Positions 39,556 through 52,650 of a stretch of 64,000 nt of DNA are shown one piece after another. Under the pieces are notes generated by a model that saw only the letters and a list, made by a program, of their open reading frames with translations, had not been told where the DNA came from and searched no databases. Where the stretch lies: contig NC_043020.1 in NCBI RefSeq assembly GCF_006345805.1, positions 27,032,001 through 27,096,000 on the forward strand, written 5' to 3'. Source of the DNA: Octopus sinensis (Eukaryota). The translations under genes and the position numbers were made by a program. The stretch's first letter is position 1. Each line of letters opens with the position of its first letter.

Positions 39556-39747
39556 GACTGTGGCCATGCTGGAGCACCACTTTTTTAGTAGAACAAATCG
39601 ATACCAGGACTTATTCTTTGTAAGCCTAGTACTTATTCTATCAGTCTCTTTTGCCAAACTGCTAAATTACAGGGATGTAAACACACCAACATCGGTTGTC
39701 AAGCGATGGTAAAGGGACTAACACAGACACACAAACATACATATGTG

Positions 39748-39782
<35 letters not shown>

Positions 39783-39945
39783 GACAGGCTTATTTCAGTT
39801 TCCGTCTACCAAATCTACTCACAAGGCTTTAGTCAGCCTGAAGCTATAGTAGAAGACACTTGCCCAAGGTGCCACGCAGTGGGACTGAACCAGGAACCAT
39901 GTGGTTGGTAAGCAAGTTTCATACCACGCGGCCACTCCTTTGCCT
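39556..39945 (-). mobile_element. SINE family A copy
   Basis: Reverse-complement match to family A over about 390 bp. Confidence 0.8.
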
Positions 39946-39967
39946 ACGAATATATTATATAAAGTAT

Positions 39968-40525
39968 AGGTGGTGAGTTGGCAGAATTGTTAGCATGCTG
40001 GACGAAATGCTTAACAGTATTTCGCCTGCTGCTACATTCTGAGTTCAAATTCCACCAGGGTTGGCTTTGCCTTTTATCCTTTTGGAGTCTATAAAATAAG
40101 TACCAGTTGAACACTGGGGTCGTTGTAATTGACTCATCCCCTCCCCCTAAATTGCTACCCTTGTGGTAAAATTTGAAACTTTTATTATTAATGCGGATGT
40201 GTGGCCTGGTGATTAGAGTGTTGCACTCACAATCGCTAGATTGTGGTTTCAATTCCCTGACTAGGTGGTGCGTTGTGTTCTTGGGCAGAACATTTCATCT
40301 CACATTGCTGGCAGAATCGTTAGCATGCCGGGCAGGATGCTTACTGGTATTTCGTCTGCCGTTACGTTCTGAGTTCAAATTCCACCGAGGTCGACTTTGC
40401 CTTTCATCCTTTCGGAGTTGATTAAATAAGTACCAGTTACACACTGGGGTCGATGTAATCGACTTAATCCCTTTGTCCTTGTTTGTCCCCTCTATCTTTA
40501 GCCCCTTGTGGGCAATATAGAAATA
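39968..40525 (+). mobile_element. Two family B copies flanking a degenerate tRNA/CORE-type SINE head
   Basis: B matches at about 39968-40180 and 40305-40525; intervening gtggcctggtgattagagtg...gggcagaacatttc head fragment. Confidence 0.65.
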
Positions 40526-40689
40526 ACTTATCTCACATTGCTCTGCTATCCGTTTGGGCACCTGATGTATGGTAGACCATGGACCTGTTTGGGCAACATC
40601 AATTTGATGGAGAGAGTGAACTAATGTACGCACATACATTTGAGCCCTATAAGCACATCATTTGTGCAGGTCGTTCAGCCAAAAACTGA

Positions 40690-41330
40690 GCACTCATACA
40701 TTATCCTCACCAGGGGAGTCCTTCATTTTCAGCTCTTTATGTCTTGACAGACAGTCTAAGCGGCAGAGAATGTCTTAATTAGGTACCTGTAGTCTTCTTC
40801 CTGCAGCTCATCTTTCCTATGTTTGATGAGCAAGTGCTGCAAGCAAGAAAGGTGGTGCAGGGTTGCAGTGTGTTGGCTTTCTTTGGCATTCTACTTTAAC
40901 CCTTTCGTTACCAACCCTGCTGAAACAATCTCTGACTCTGTAGTACAAATGTCTTGTTTTCATAAGTTTTGAATTAAAATCTTCCACCAAATCTTAGTCT
41001 CAATTTATGTTCCTAACACTAGCTTAATGATAACTAAATTATTTTACTAAATTCTTTGTTATATTTAAAATCAATTGAAAGAAACACAGAGCATCTCAAA
41101 ATAAATACAGTAACAAAAGGGTTAAGGGCTGGAATGTTTTCTTCCTCGAGCCGTTTGACTATTTTGTACACTGAGGTTTTCCGTGCTGTTCTTTCTTCTG
41201 CTAACTTTTCCCAAGTCTTTGCATCGATGTGGGACTCGGTCATGCTGCTCTTACATGTACCCTTAAATCTCAGTTTTGGTCGTCCTCTGGATCCTCTACG
41301 CTGAGCCAACTCACCATGTAACAGCTATTT
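40690..41330 (-). mobile_element. Decayed 3' end of an RTE-clade LINE ORF
   Basis: Minus frame RGSRGRPKLRFKGTCKSSMTESHIDAKTWEKLAEERTARKTSVYK matches the RTE/BovB C-terminal pattern (GRP..R.KD....DM...I....WE.LA.DR..W). It resumes, degraded, beyond the MITE. Confidence 0.7.
40900..41121. mobile_element. piggyBac-type MITE family 1, inserted at TTAA in an RTE remnant
   Basis: TTAA-ccctttcgttacc...gtaacaaaaggg-TTAA, highly similar to 36651-36869. Confidence 0.8.
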
Positions 41331-41400
41331 GGAAATTCTGTTGTCATGCATCTACTTCACATGTCTATATATATATATACATATATATATACACATATAC

Positions 41401-41801
41401 TCTCTCTTTTACTCTTTTACTTGTTTCGGTCATTTAATTGCGGCCATGCTGGAGCACCGCCTTTAATCGAGCAACTCGACCCCGGGACTTATTCTTTTGT
41501 AAGCCCAGTACTTATTCTATCAGTCTCTTTTGCCGAACCGCTAAGTAACGGGGACATAAACACACTAGCATCGGTTGTCAAGCAATGCTAGGAGGACAAA
41601 CACACACACGCATATATATATACACATATATACGAGTGGCTTCTTTCAGTTTCCGTCTACCAAATCCACTCACAAGGCTTTGGTCGGCCCTAGGCTATAG
41701 TAGAAGACACTTGCCCAAGGTGCCACACAGTGGGACTGAACCTGGCACCATGTGGTTGGTAAACAAGCTACCCACCACACAGCCACTCCTGCGCTATATA
41801 C

Positions 41802-41838
<37 letters not shown>

Positions 41839-42224
41839 CTCTTTTACTTGTTTCAGTCATTTGACTGCGGCCATGCTGGAGCACCGCCTTTAATCGAGCA
41901 ACTCGACCCCGGGACTTATTCTTTTGTAAGCCCAGTACTTATTCTATCGGTCTCTTTTGCCGAACCGCTAAGTAACGGGGACATAAACACACTAGCATCG
42001 GTTGTCAAGCAATGCTAGGAGGACAAACACACACACATACACACATATATATATACATATATACGAGTGGCTTCTTTCAGTTTCCGTCTACCGAATCCAC
42101 TCACAAGGCATTGGTCGGCCCGGGGCTATAGTAGAAGACACTTGCCCAAGGTGCCACGCAGTGGGACTGAACCCGGAACCATGTGGTTGGTAAACAAGCT
42201 ACCCACCACACAGCTACACCTGCG

Positions 42225-42293
<69 letters not shown>

Positions 42294-42598
42294 TATATAA
42301 TATATATATATATACATACATACTCTTTTATTTGTTTCAGTCAGTAGACTGTGGCCATGCAGGAGAACTGCCTTTAGTTGAACAGGATTTATTCTTTGTA
42401 AGCCTAGTACTTATTCTATCGGTCTCTTTTGCTGAACCGCTAAGTTATGGAGACATAAACACACCCACATCGGTTGTCAAGCGATGGTGTAGGGGTACAA
42501 ATACAGACACACACACACACATATATACACGTACACGATGGGCTTCTTTCAGTTTCCATCTACCAAATCCACTCACAAGGCTTTGGTTGGCCTGAGGC
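41401..42598 (-). mobile_element. Head-to-tail array of three family A SINEs
   Basis: Copies at about 41401-41795, 41838-42227 and 42322-42598. The first two share private variants such as gtcaagcaatgctaggaggacaaac. Confidence 0.8.
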
Positions 42599-42677
42599 CA
42601 CTGTGGAAAAAACTATCCTAGATGTTCACACTTAATATTTTTAGCATGATGTTCATGGATGGATTGAAAGAGTAAAA

Positions 42678-42715
42678 GTTATGACGTTTCGGAGATTAGT
42701 CCTTCTTCAGATACC
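42678..42715 (-). ncRNA. Minimal type-I hammerhead motif with intact catalytic core
   Basis: Reverse complement: GGTAT-CTGAAGA-A-GGA-CTAATC-TCC-GAAA-C-G-T-C-ATAAC. Core CUGANGA/GAAA intact, GUC triplet, stem I pairs at 4 of 5 positions, 3-bp stem II. Confidence 0.55.
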
Positions 42716-43848
42716 ATAGGAAAGCCCAGGAGAGACTGGGTAGAGGGTGGGTAACATTCTTATACATTTGATAGTTGTATAAAAATACAGACATTATGTA
42801 TCTATATGCGTATATATATGTGTTCATGCTGTGAGTCTATATACACGTTCTTTTATAAGTTACAGTCATGCTGGAGCATGTATATAGGTTTTAGAAGTAG
42901 GAAGAAAAGAGCACAGTGCTTAGGGTTGTATATATATATATGTGTTTGTGTATATATATAGATAGATAGGTTTGGTTAAGCAGAAGAATTCACTGCTTAA
43001 ATTTCTATGCATGTATGTATATCTATATATATGTGTATATATATATATATGTACATGTGTGTATGTATATACATACTTATGTTTATGTACATGTATGGAT
43101 ATACTTATGTATATATATGTACATGTATGTATATGCACATATATATACACACATATATATATGTACATGTATGTATATGCACATATATATATATATACAC
43201 ATATATATGTACATGTATGTATATGCACATTATATATATGTATATATATATCTATGTACATGTATGTATATGCACATTATATGTATATATATATGTACAT
43301 GTATGAATGTATGTATAGCCAAATCCTGTTTTATGAAATATTAATTCGCCTACAGAAGTGAAATATCACCAGTATGCCAGAATTTCAATTTTGATGTAGA
43401 AAATGGCATTTGCTTCAATATTTTTTGTCCATTTTTCGTTCCGAAAACAAAAAATTATTTAATAAATAATGAGTATATAATGTGTTTTTATAAATAAAAG
43501 TCATCAAGTGATAACTTCAGATCAATAGCACTTGTTGTACGGATTACATTGCATTCTCGTCACTTAACCCGGATTGAGCAGACGTATTTGATCAAAAGCG
43601 CTCCGGTGATGGCCATCCTGTCGTTTTGTATATCAGGAACTACGGTATTTAATGTGTACTTGTTTTATTTTTTAAAAGCTATATTTAAGAGAGATGTTGT
43701 TGCTATTTCTAGCGTGTCGAACAACCGTGCTGACACCACTTCGTTTTAGGTTGTAAATTCAGATTGCACCCTAAGATCATGTGTGTATTTAAGGTTATAT
43801 ATATATATTATATATATGCATACATACACGTGTGTGTGTATATATACA

Positions 43849-44228
43849 CTCTCTTTTATTTATTTCAGTCATTTGACTGCGGCCATGCAGGAGCACCGCC
43901 TTTAGTCGAACAAATTGACCCCGGGTCTTATTCTTTGTAAGCCTTGTACTTATTCTATCGGTTTCTTTTGCCGAATCGCTAAGTTATGGGGACGTAAACA
44001 CACCAGCATCGGTTGTCAAGCAATGGTGGGGGTCAAACACAGACACACAAACACACACATATATATATACGACGGGCTTCTTTCAGTTTCCTTCTACCAA
44101 TTTCATTCACAAGGCTTTGGTCGGCCCGAGGCTATAGTAGAAGACACTTGCCCAAGGTGCCACGCTGTGGGACTGAGCCCTGGACCATGTGATTAGGAAG
44201 CAAGCTACTTAACACACAGCCACTCCTG
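43849..44228 (-). mobile_element. SINE family A copy
   Basis: Reverse-complement match, head at cacagccactcctg. Confidence 0.8.
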
Positions 44229-44365
44229 ACGAAGGCAGGTGTATTACTTTGACGTTCGGGAAAAAATGGAAAAGCCTGGGTTTCGAGCCTACGCTCTTCG
44301 TCAGAAAGGGCTGATAGGAAAAAAAGTGGAAGAGAACGGGGTGAGGATGTGTTGGGATTAACGGT
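44228..44365 (-). mobile_element. Third, diverged copy of the same Penelope-like repeat
   Basis: Reverse complement contains TTT-CTGACGA-AGAGCGTAGGCTC-GAAAC (core intact, cleavage site lost) and cacctgccttcgtc, shared with the 25 kb copies. Confidence 0.5.
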
Positions 44366-44449
44366 TCAACATAATGGAATGACCATATATAGATAGATGT
44401 GTGTGTGTGTGTATACACACGTTCATGCTTTGATGTCTAAGTGAGGAGA

Positions 44450-44690
44450 AACGTACGCAATACATGGTGCAAAGTTTATTAATTCGTTCGAAAATTATCC
44501 CCTTCGGCACTCGAAGAATCGCCGCACACGACGAGGAACTCTCGAGCTGCGAAGAGCGTATTCCACAGAAGGCACTTAGCCAAAAAATCGCGGATGAGGT
44601 TGTGAAGAATATTCCGTCCTTATATGATCACTACAAACGGTTGCCACTGTGGTGTTGATACCGGATCTCCGTTGCCAACCTCTAGTTAAT
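44450..44690 (-). mobile_element. Possible Tc1/mariner 3' remnant
   Basis: Minus strand ends ...SAEGDNF* aataaactttgcaccatgTA, loosely like the C-terminal AEGxYFE and TA-flanked TIR of Tc1/mariner elements. Confidence 0.25.
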
Positions 44691-46672
44691 TTACTCTCTG
44701 CATATGTATCAATATAATGTGTGTGTGTATATATTGCGACTGAGGGTGGTGGATAGCTGGTCTTATATTGCGCCTATACACACACACACACATATATATA
44801 TATGTTTGTATGTGTGTGTATACATACACGCACACAGTTACGTCTGTGGATCAACCCCTCTTGTTTGTAAAAGCAATCAAGAAGCGAGCCGCAAGTGACA
44901 TGGCTCGGTACTAGGGGACCTGCACTGCTAAAAAACAATCGGCGGCGGTAAAGAATACGTACACTACCCGTTTTCGGCCTAACAAAAACCCTAACCCTAA
45001 AACACCGGGTGTACGTATTTTTTTTTTTACTTTCGCCAAAAATTCAAGGTAAAATTTTGTCGCGGGTCGCAGTTTGCCCCATGTTTGTCATCAAAGATAG
45101 ACAGGACAGGTGTGTGTAATCCCATGTTAGTCTGATCGACCAGAGGAACCTATGACCAAAGGCGTTGTCACTATGACAATACGAATATCTTATCTTTTGA
45201 GACGCCTTCGTTTTGCTAACGGAAGACTATAATTTGGAGTAGATTTAGTTGCTATTTCTAGCAGGTCGTGCGACAGCAGTAGAAGTTCCCGTCACGGTTT
45301 CCTAGTGAAGTGTACTAAACTATTTCTCTTCCCTCTTTTAAAACGAATTTATCAACCATGTGCGTGATAAATTATTTTGTGGTTTTTGTCGTGTAGAGTT
45401 TGTGATATTAAAATGTAGTGTGTCGATTTATATATTAAACTATACTCAAAATATATACCTCAACACACGAAATCCCGTATTTACTCGTGTACTAATTAAA
45501 TGTTAAATCTTGGTCCTTTCATAGTTTCAGCTTTTACCCCGTGTGGGTGGGTCACACCCCAGTTCTTTTTTCTTTCTTTTTCAGTTAAAATCTAGTACAA
45601 AATATTCCGACTTTCCCCCCAGTATATGAACTAAACCTAACTCTAAATATTTGCGGCATTCTCCTCCTAACTTCCGTGTTCACAAATTAAATTAAAATGA
45701 GAGTTAATTAGACTCCAATTAATACGTTGAGCAATCATTTTATTTACGCATCAATAAGATATTAGCTATATATATATATAGCTTATATAACCTTGTGTGT
45801 GTGTGTATGTATGTATATATATATATAAATATATATATGTATATCCACAAATTTTTATGGATAACACCATACAAAATTCTGGTGCATCTAAATTAAGTAC
45901 CATATTCATTTGAATCTAAATTTTTGCTGAACTTATACATATACATATGTATATATATATGTTACACGCCGACTTGAGTTATATAATAAGATCTGGTTAG
46001 ACATTGAGAACAGACAAGGAAAGAAGTCAGGGAAGAAAAATTTTCTGAGAAGGAAGTTAGTATGAAAACCATTGAAACGCTTCTTGGCGTTCTAAAATAA
46101 GGTGGACAGACAACCTTTATATATATATTTATATATGGATATATATGTATGTATGTATAATCTCCAGAATTCTGTGTTAGTCATCACCTGTGTTGAGGGG
46201 TAGTGAGTAAAGATAATTAATATTTCTAACCCAGTTTAGCTTCTTTTTTTAATTATTATAGTTCTTTCTGGTTCTCACGCGGTCGAGATAAAGCAGTCAC
46301 AGAAATGGCACGAGTGTCTAAGAACTGTGTGCAGTGAAAGCCGCTTAATGTGATCGTTTTTTGTCGTTTTTCCTCTTGCTGTTGTAAACGGAGCTTCTTA
46401 GAGAACAGTAGCAAAGAACCGAAGCTTGATAACATTATGCGGAAGCTAACAATATCCTTAACTTGTCTTAGTAGGAATCCATTTAATGTTGAGCGCTATA
46501 ACATCCATGATTCTAATAAGCGGCTAATATATATATACTTTTTACTCTTTTATATATATATATATATATATCTTTATCGTATATATATATATATGTGTGT
46601 TACTGGGAAAATAGATTCGAATAAACAAACATTATTGCATATATAACAAATCAAACAGCCATAATTGATATA

Positions 46673-46722
<50 letters not shown>

Positions 46723-46813
46723 GTGTATGTATATACATCTAGGTTTGGTGTTAAAGGAACATAGAAATCCAAATATTGGTATATATTAATTTATTTTTTT
46801 TATTATTAATCAG

Positions 46814-46880
46814 CGATGTCTGGAAGAGCCGAGGGTTACGTCCAATTGGACTTACGAAGCTGGTTTCAAATTATGGTGCC
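46814..46880 (+). CDS. Candidate exon
   Basis: Acceptor ttttttttattattaatcAG, donor GCC|GTgagc. 67 nt, all three frames open (e.g. xMSGRAEGYVQLDLRSWFQIMVx). Confidence 0.3.
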
Positions 46881-47389
46881 GTGAGCGGGGGAGGGTCGCA
46901 TTTTATACAGACCGGTTAAAATAATAATTCTCTGGTTTCTTTGCACGGAACTCTCGATCCTTGAACCACTCTAATTCTGCCGACGATAATAAATAATATA
47001 TATATATGTATGTATAATGTTCAAATGTCTACTCGTATCTCTCTCCTCTCCCTCCCCTTTACTGATGAAAATAAGTTCGTTTTTTTCTTCTTTTTATATA
47101 TTAGCTGCCCCTCCTCCCTTTGTAAGTTGCTTTTCCTTGCTGCTGTGACCCTAATTTTCACTTTAGGTCAATATAGATAGATAGGTAATCGCGTATTCGT
47201 TCTCTCTGTTCGTTCCTCTCTCTGTCTCGTGTGTGTGTGTGTTCAATGGCAAACATCGAATAATGGAATCAGGGAATCCTTTTAATATCCTATTCTTTGA
47301 TATTTATGATCATCATGCATACTTTATGGATATTTGTGGATTTTTTCAGATAATTGGAGTGGTCCGCGTGAAAAACCTTCACAAGTGTG

Positions 47390-47812
47390 TGTATACACAC
47401 ACACACATATATATATATGTGTGTGTGTATATATATATATATATGTGTGTCTATATATATATATTGTGTGTGTATATGTATGTGTGTATGTATATATATA
47501 TGTCTGTGTGTATATATGTGTGTGTATATATATATATATGTGTGTGTATATGTATGTGTATATATATATACATGTGTGTATGTATGTGTATATATATATA
47601 TGTGTGTGTGTGTATGTATATATGTGTGTGTGTGTGTATGTATATATGTGTGTGTGTGTATGTATATATGTGTGTGTGTATGTATATATATATATGTGTG
47701 TGTGTGTATGTATATATATATATGTGTGTATGTGTGTATGTATATATGTGTGTGTGTATGTATATATATATATATGTGTGTGTGTATGTATATATATATA
47801 TGTGTGTGTGTT
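47390..47812. repeat. Compound (TG)n/(TA)n microsatellite
   Basis: Directly visible. Confidence 0.9.
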
Positions 47813-49077
47813 TTTATCTATTCGAGGTCTATGATTCATTCCATTATTATCGACTAGAAGTTTCTTTCAAGCGGCGAATAAGAGGAGAGAAAGAGTGAGG
47901 GGGGGAGTATGCGTGTGTGTAGATATAATTAAAAGGTGTCTCTCAGAAATCGAAGCGGAAACTATATCTGGTCGGTGCGTGAGTTGAGAGATATATTGGT
48001 GGGGGGTGGGGCGGGTGGTGAACGGGTAGTTTTTGAGCTAACGAACGGGGTGCTTGCTTATTCCTACGGCGGCTGCTGTGTAAAGGAGGACCAGCGGGGT
48101 GGATGTGACGGGTGGTTGTTTAGGCTTTCTCAAACCTAATGTATTTAGCGATAGATTAAAAATAATAATAAAAAAAGAGGTTGGCGGGGATGTGGGGGCT
48201 TTGATCAGTTGAGATTAGCTCAGTGATTAGTAGTCGAAAACTCCCTCTGTTCGGTGTTTTTAGAGTGAGTATTGTTAAGAGTCTGCGTTCGATATCGGCC
48301 GGACTAAGAGCTTGGCCTTACAATCACTACTATTACTACTACTACAAACACTACTACCGTGGTTATATTTCTACTCCTACTACCACTGTTACTATTACTC
48401 CCCCTCCCTCGACTATCCCCTTCACTGTTATCACGAGCATCCCCTTCTGTGTTATCACGAGCCGACAATGGAGCTTGTATGTGGTCGTCGCTCCTCCTAG
48501 AAATTCTAACCAAAATCTCCCTTTTATCACGCTCCACAGTCGAAGGAAAGACGAACGATGTCGTTCGCTGGCAGGACTGTCACGGCAGGAAAGCCTTTGG
48601 TCATCGTAAGGTGTGCTTTTACGGTGCTGCCGACCTTGGTGATAAAGCATCGTCGTAGTCGCCGTTGGCGGCCTCATCGCTTATTGTTAGTAGTACTACT
48701 AAGATCATCATCATCATCGTCGTCATCATCTTTGCTAGTACTACTACTACTACCATCGCCCCTGCTGTTGCTGTTATTGTCATCAATATTGTCTATGCTA
48801 CTACTAATACTACTACTACTACTCTCATCCATCATCATCATCATCGTCGTCATCATTCCAGTAGCAGAAGCCTGCTTGTAAGTGGTGGATGGAGGGAGGT
48901 ATGCGGGGAAACACTTGTATATCTTAGAATAATCACGAGATCTATCTATATACGGTGATATATATATAGATAGATAGATAGATGGGTATCGTTGAGGATC
49001 GGGTTTGTGGTAAGTAGATAGGTGGGTTTATGGGTGGATGGGTCGAGGGTTGTGTGTGACATTTTTTAAAATTCTTT

Positions 49078-49738
49078 TATTTCTTTGTCATTTGACTGCG
49101 GCCATGCTGGAACACCGCTTTTAGTCGAACAAAATCGACCCCTCCAGGACTTATTCTTTGTAAGCCTAGAACTCATTCTATCGGTTTATTTTTGCCGAAC
49201 TGCTAATTTGCGTGGACGTAAACACACCAACGTCGGTTGTTAAGCGATGCTGGAAGGACGGGCTTCTTTCAGTTTCCGTCTACCAAATCCACTCACAAGG
49301 CTATAGTAGGAGACACTTGCCCAAGGTACCACGCTGTTGGACTGAACCTAGAACCATTATGTTGGTAAGCAAGCCACTTACCACATAGCCACTCCTACGC
49401 CTCTGTGGCATTAAAAAATTTTTTTAATTTAACCTTAGGTCAACCCTTGCCAAACAGACAGATACGATCAAAAGATATTCTACTGATGATCATTTCAATT
49501 TTATATTTATTTATTTATTTATTTATTAAGCAACATCCATTTTCTTATTCTTTTACTTGTTTCAGTCATTTGACTACAGCCATGCTGGAGCACCGCCTAA
49601 AAGGGTTTCTAGTCGACGATGTCGACCCCCAGGACTTATTCTTTGTAAGCCCTAGTATTTATTCTATTGAATTCTCTTTGGCCGAACCGCTGAGTTACGG
49701 TGACTTAAACACACCAGCATCGGTTGTGACAAAAACAA

Positions 49739-49775
<37 letters not shown>

Positions 49776-49970
49776 CATAGACACACACTCACATGTGTGT
49801 GTGTGTGTATACGACGGGCTTCTTTCAGTTTCCATCTACCAAATCCATTCACAAAGCTTTGATCAGCCTGAGGCTATAGCTGAAGACAGTTGCCCAAGGT
49901 GCCATGCAGAGGGTCTAAACCCGGAACCTCGTGGTTGGTAAGCAAGCTTCTTACCACATAGCCACACCTA
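49078..49970 (-). mobile_element. Two family A SINE copies (49078-49402, 49545-49970)
   Basis: Reverse-complement matches; the first has internal deletions. Confidence 0.75.
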
Positions 49971-50069
49971 TTATGCATGACAGTGTGGTCAAGAAGCTCA
50001 CTTTGCAACCACATGGTGTCAGGTTCAGTCCCATTGTGCTTTGTATATATCACCAGTCCCATGTATATA

Positions 50070-50378
50070 TCACCATGATCACCGTGACTGACCAAGCTAT
50101 CAGATGTTGCTACACATCGCTGGTCACAATGCACTTCGCATTGTTTTAGCCTTCAAATGACGCCACCCCGCTGGCTAAGTGAGCAGGCCAACAGAAGAAA
50201 GAGTGAGAGAAAGTTGTGGCGAAAGAGTACAGCAGGGGTCGCCACCACCCACTGTCGGAGCATCGTGGAGCTTTAGGTGTTTTCGCTCAATAAACACTCA
50301 CAACACCTGGTCTGGGAATCGAAACCGCGATCCTACGACCGTGAGTCCGCTGCCCTAACCACTGGGCCATTGCGCCTA
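50070..50378 (-). mobile_element. SINE family C, tail type 3
   Basis: Same head and core; unrelated 3' segment (tcagatgttgctacacatcgctggtcac...). Confidence 0.75.
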
Positions 50379-50867
50379 CTCTACAATGTCATTCTAAAAA
50401 TAATGACATCATCAAAACCTCAAAACTTATTTTCAAAGCAATGTGAATAAACAAACTTTACATTTCACAGAGAAACCTGAAATCTAAAGGATGAAAAATT
50501 AGAACCTGCAGATAAACCACGGGTCTTTTGGTAATCTGAATCAGAGATTGGATTAACTAGTTTTGTCTTGCATTAAGGTCTAAGGGATTGGCTTCTCTTC
50601 CTAGCTGGTCAAACTACCAAATAGTTGTTTTTAGTTCCCTGCCATTTAGTTATCTCTGATCATCAGCAATCCCGCTGTGACCATCCCATTTATTTTTCCT
50701 TCTGTATATCTTGCACTACTGTGTCCTCAAATCTGCCTTTCCCATTTTAAGGAGGGAAGTGTGTGTGTGTGTATATAGCACTCACTTTTTAAGAGCCTGT
50801 ACAATTGAGCACTTCATACTGTTTCTGAAGAGGGAAAACAACAGCTTCTAAATGCACTCCTCACATA

Positions 50868-51392
50868 TCATCATCATCATCATCATTTAACGTCCATTTT
50901 CCATGCTAGCATGGGTTGGACTGTTCGACTGGGGTCTGGGAAGCCAGGAGGCTGCACCAGGCTCCAGTCTGATCTGGCAGTGTTTCTACAGCTGGATGCC
51001 CTTTCTAACGCCAACCACTCCGTTAGTGTAGCGGGTGCTTTTTACGTGTCACCGGCACAGGTGCCAGGGGAGGCTAGCAACAGCCACGATCGGTTGGTGC
51101 TTTTTATGTGCCACCGGCATGGAAGCCAGTCATGGCAGCGCTGGCATCGACCACATACAGCTGGTGCTTTTTATGTGCCAAGGGAGGCTGGCAACGGCCA
51201 AGATCGGATGGTGCTTTTTACGTGCCACCGACACGGAAGCCAGTCAAGGCGGTGCTGGCATCGGCCACGTACAGATGGTGCTTTTTACGCGCCACCAGCA
51301 CATGTGCCAGGGTAGGCTGGCAATGGCCACAAACGGTTGGTGCTTTTTACGTGCCACCGGCACGGAAGCCAGTCAAGGCAGCATTGGCAAGT
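50868..51392 (-). mobile_element. Repeat family D (V-SINE/RTE-tail-like) with internal tandem repeats
   Basis: Contains the reverse complement of gttggcgttaggaagggcatccagctgtagaaa, ends in (GAT)n, six internal 47-67-bp units. Related copies at 37814-38022 (-), 56315-56640 (-), 58683-59044 (+). Confidence 0.7.
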
Positions 51393-52295
51393 ATTCATAA
51401 TAGTGTGTAACCTGGATTTTAGACCAGCCACACTGTATCCCTTGCGTGTCTTCATCATTTTACAGCTGTTTTCCATGCTGGCATGGGTTGGATGGTTTGA
51501 CAAGAGGTACCCGGGCTCCATTTTGTCTGTTGCCCTTCCTAGTGCCAGTAGCTTTACAGAGTGTTACTGGGTGTTTTTAACGTGGTACCTGCTTGTGTGC
51601 TTTTACATGGTGACATGGGTGCTTTGGTGTGGAACCAACACGGGGCGATTTTGTGTGGCACCAGCACGTAAGGGATAATTAAACATATTGGCATCAAGAA
51701 GGACATCTAGTCTCAAAACAATACCTCAAAAAAAAACTCCTCCCACCCATGCCAGCCTGTTGTAGAGCAAATGATACGACCCAGAGGAATTGGTGATGGT
51801 ATGTGTTGATAAATAGTTGGTGCACAGCTCGGATGTGAAATACAGTGGTTTACTGTGAAGAAGGAATGTCTAATGTTTTTAATACAGCACACACACACAT
51901 ACACGAGTATGTATTTATGTATACATACACATGTACATAAAAACACGTGTTTGTATATACATACACACATATATATAAATGTGTATCGTTACTATTTTAG
52001 CATGGCATAGCATGTAAACAACATTCTCTTTTAGAATGTATATAATTGAGCACTTTGTGTTGTTTATAAAAGCAGATGAAACAGCTTTTAAGTACACTTC
52101 TTCTACCCATATGTACACGTGTATGTAAATGTATGTACACCCTGTAAGGTCTTAGTTTAACATTTCAAATTTAATGGATCAAAGGCATAAATGAATAATT
52201 TTACAAAATTAAGAATTTACAGAGCTGGCGCTGAAGTCCATTAACTGTTTTTTGAATGGGAGAGTGAGAGAGAGCGAGAAATAATGGTTGTGTAT

Positions 52296-52530
52296 GGTGG
52301 TGAGCTGGCAGAATCGTTAGCACGTCGGGCGAAATGCTTAGCGGTATTTCAGCTGCCGTTACGTTGTGAGTTCAAATTCCGCCGAGGTCGACTTTGCCTT
52401 TCATCCTTTCGGGGTCAATAAATTAAGTACCAGTTATGCACTGGGCTCGATATAATCGACTTAATACCTATGTCTGTCCATGTTTATCCCCTTCTATGTT
52501 TAGCCCCTTGTGGGTAATAAAGAAATAGGT
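52296..52530 (+). mobile_element. SINE family B copy
   Basis: Full monomer, ggttgtgt on both flanks. Confidence 0.8.
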
Positions 52531-52650
52531 TGTGTGTGTGTGAGAGAGAAAGAGAGAGATTTTAATAAATTCTGATGTTTGTTAAATTTTGTTGGCGCAT
52601 CAGGGGATTGGTGGGGGGTTGAAGAAGAAGAAAAAATAATAAAGAGAATA

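Noticed and set aside
44985-45002. Telomere-like ccctaaccctaa (also near 15276)
   Set aside because: Only about two units, embedded in dispersed-repeat-like context; not an interstitial telomere array.
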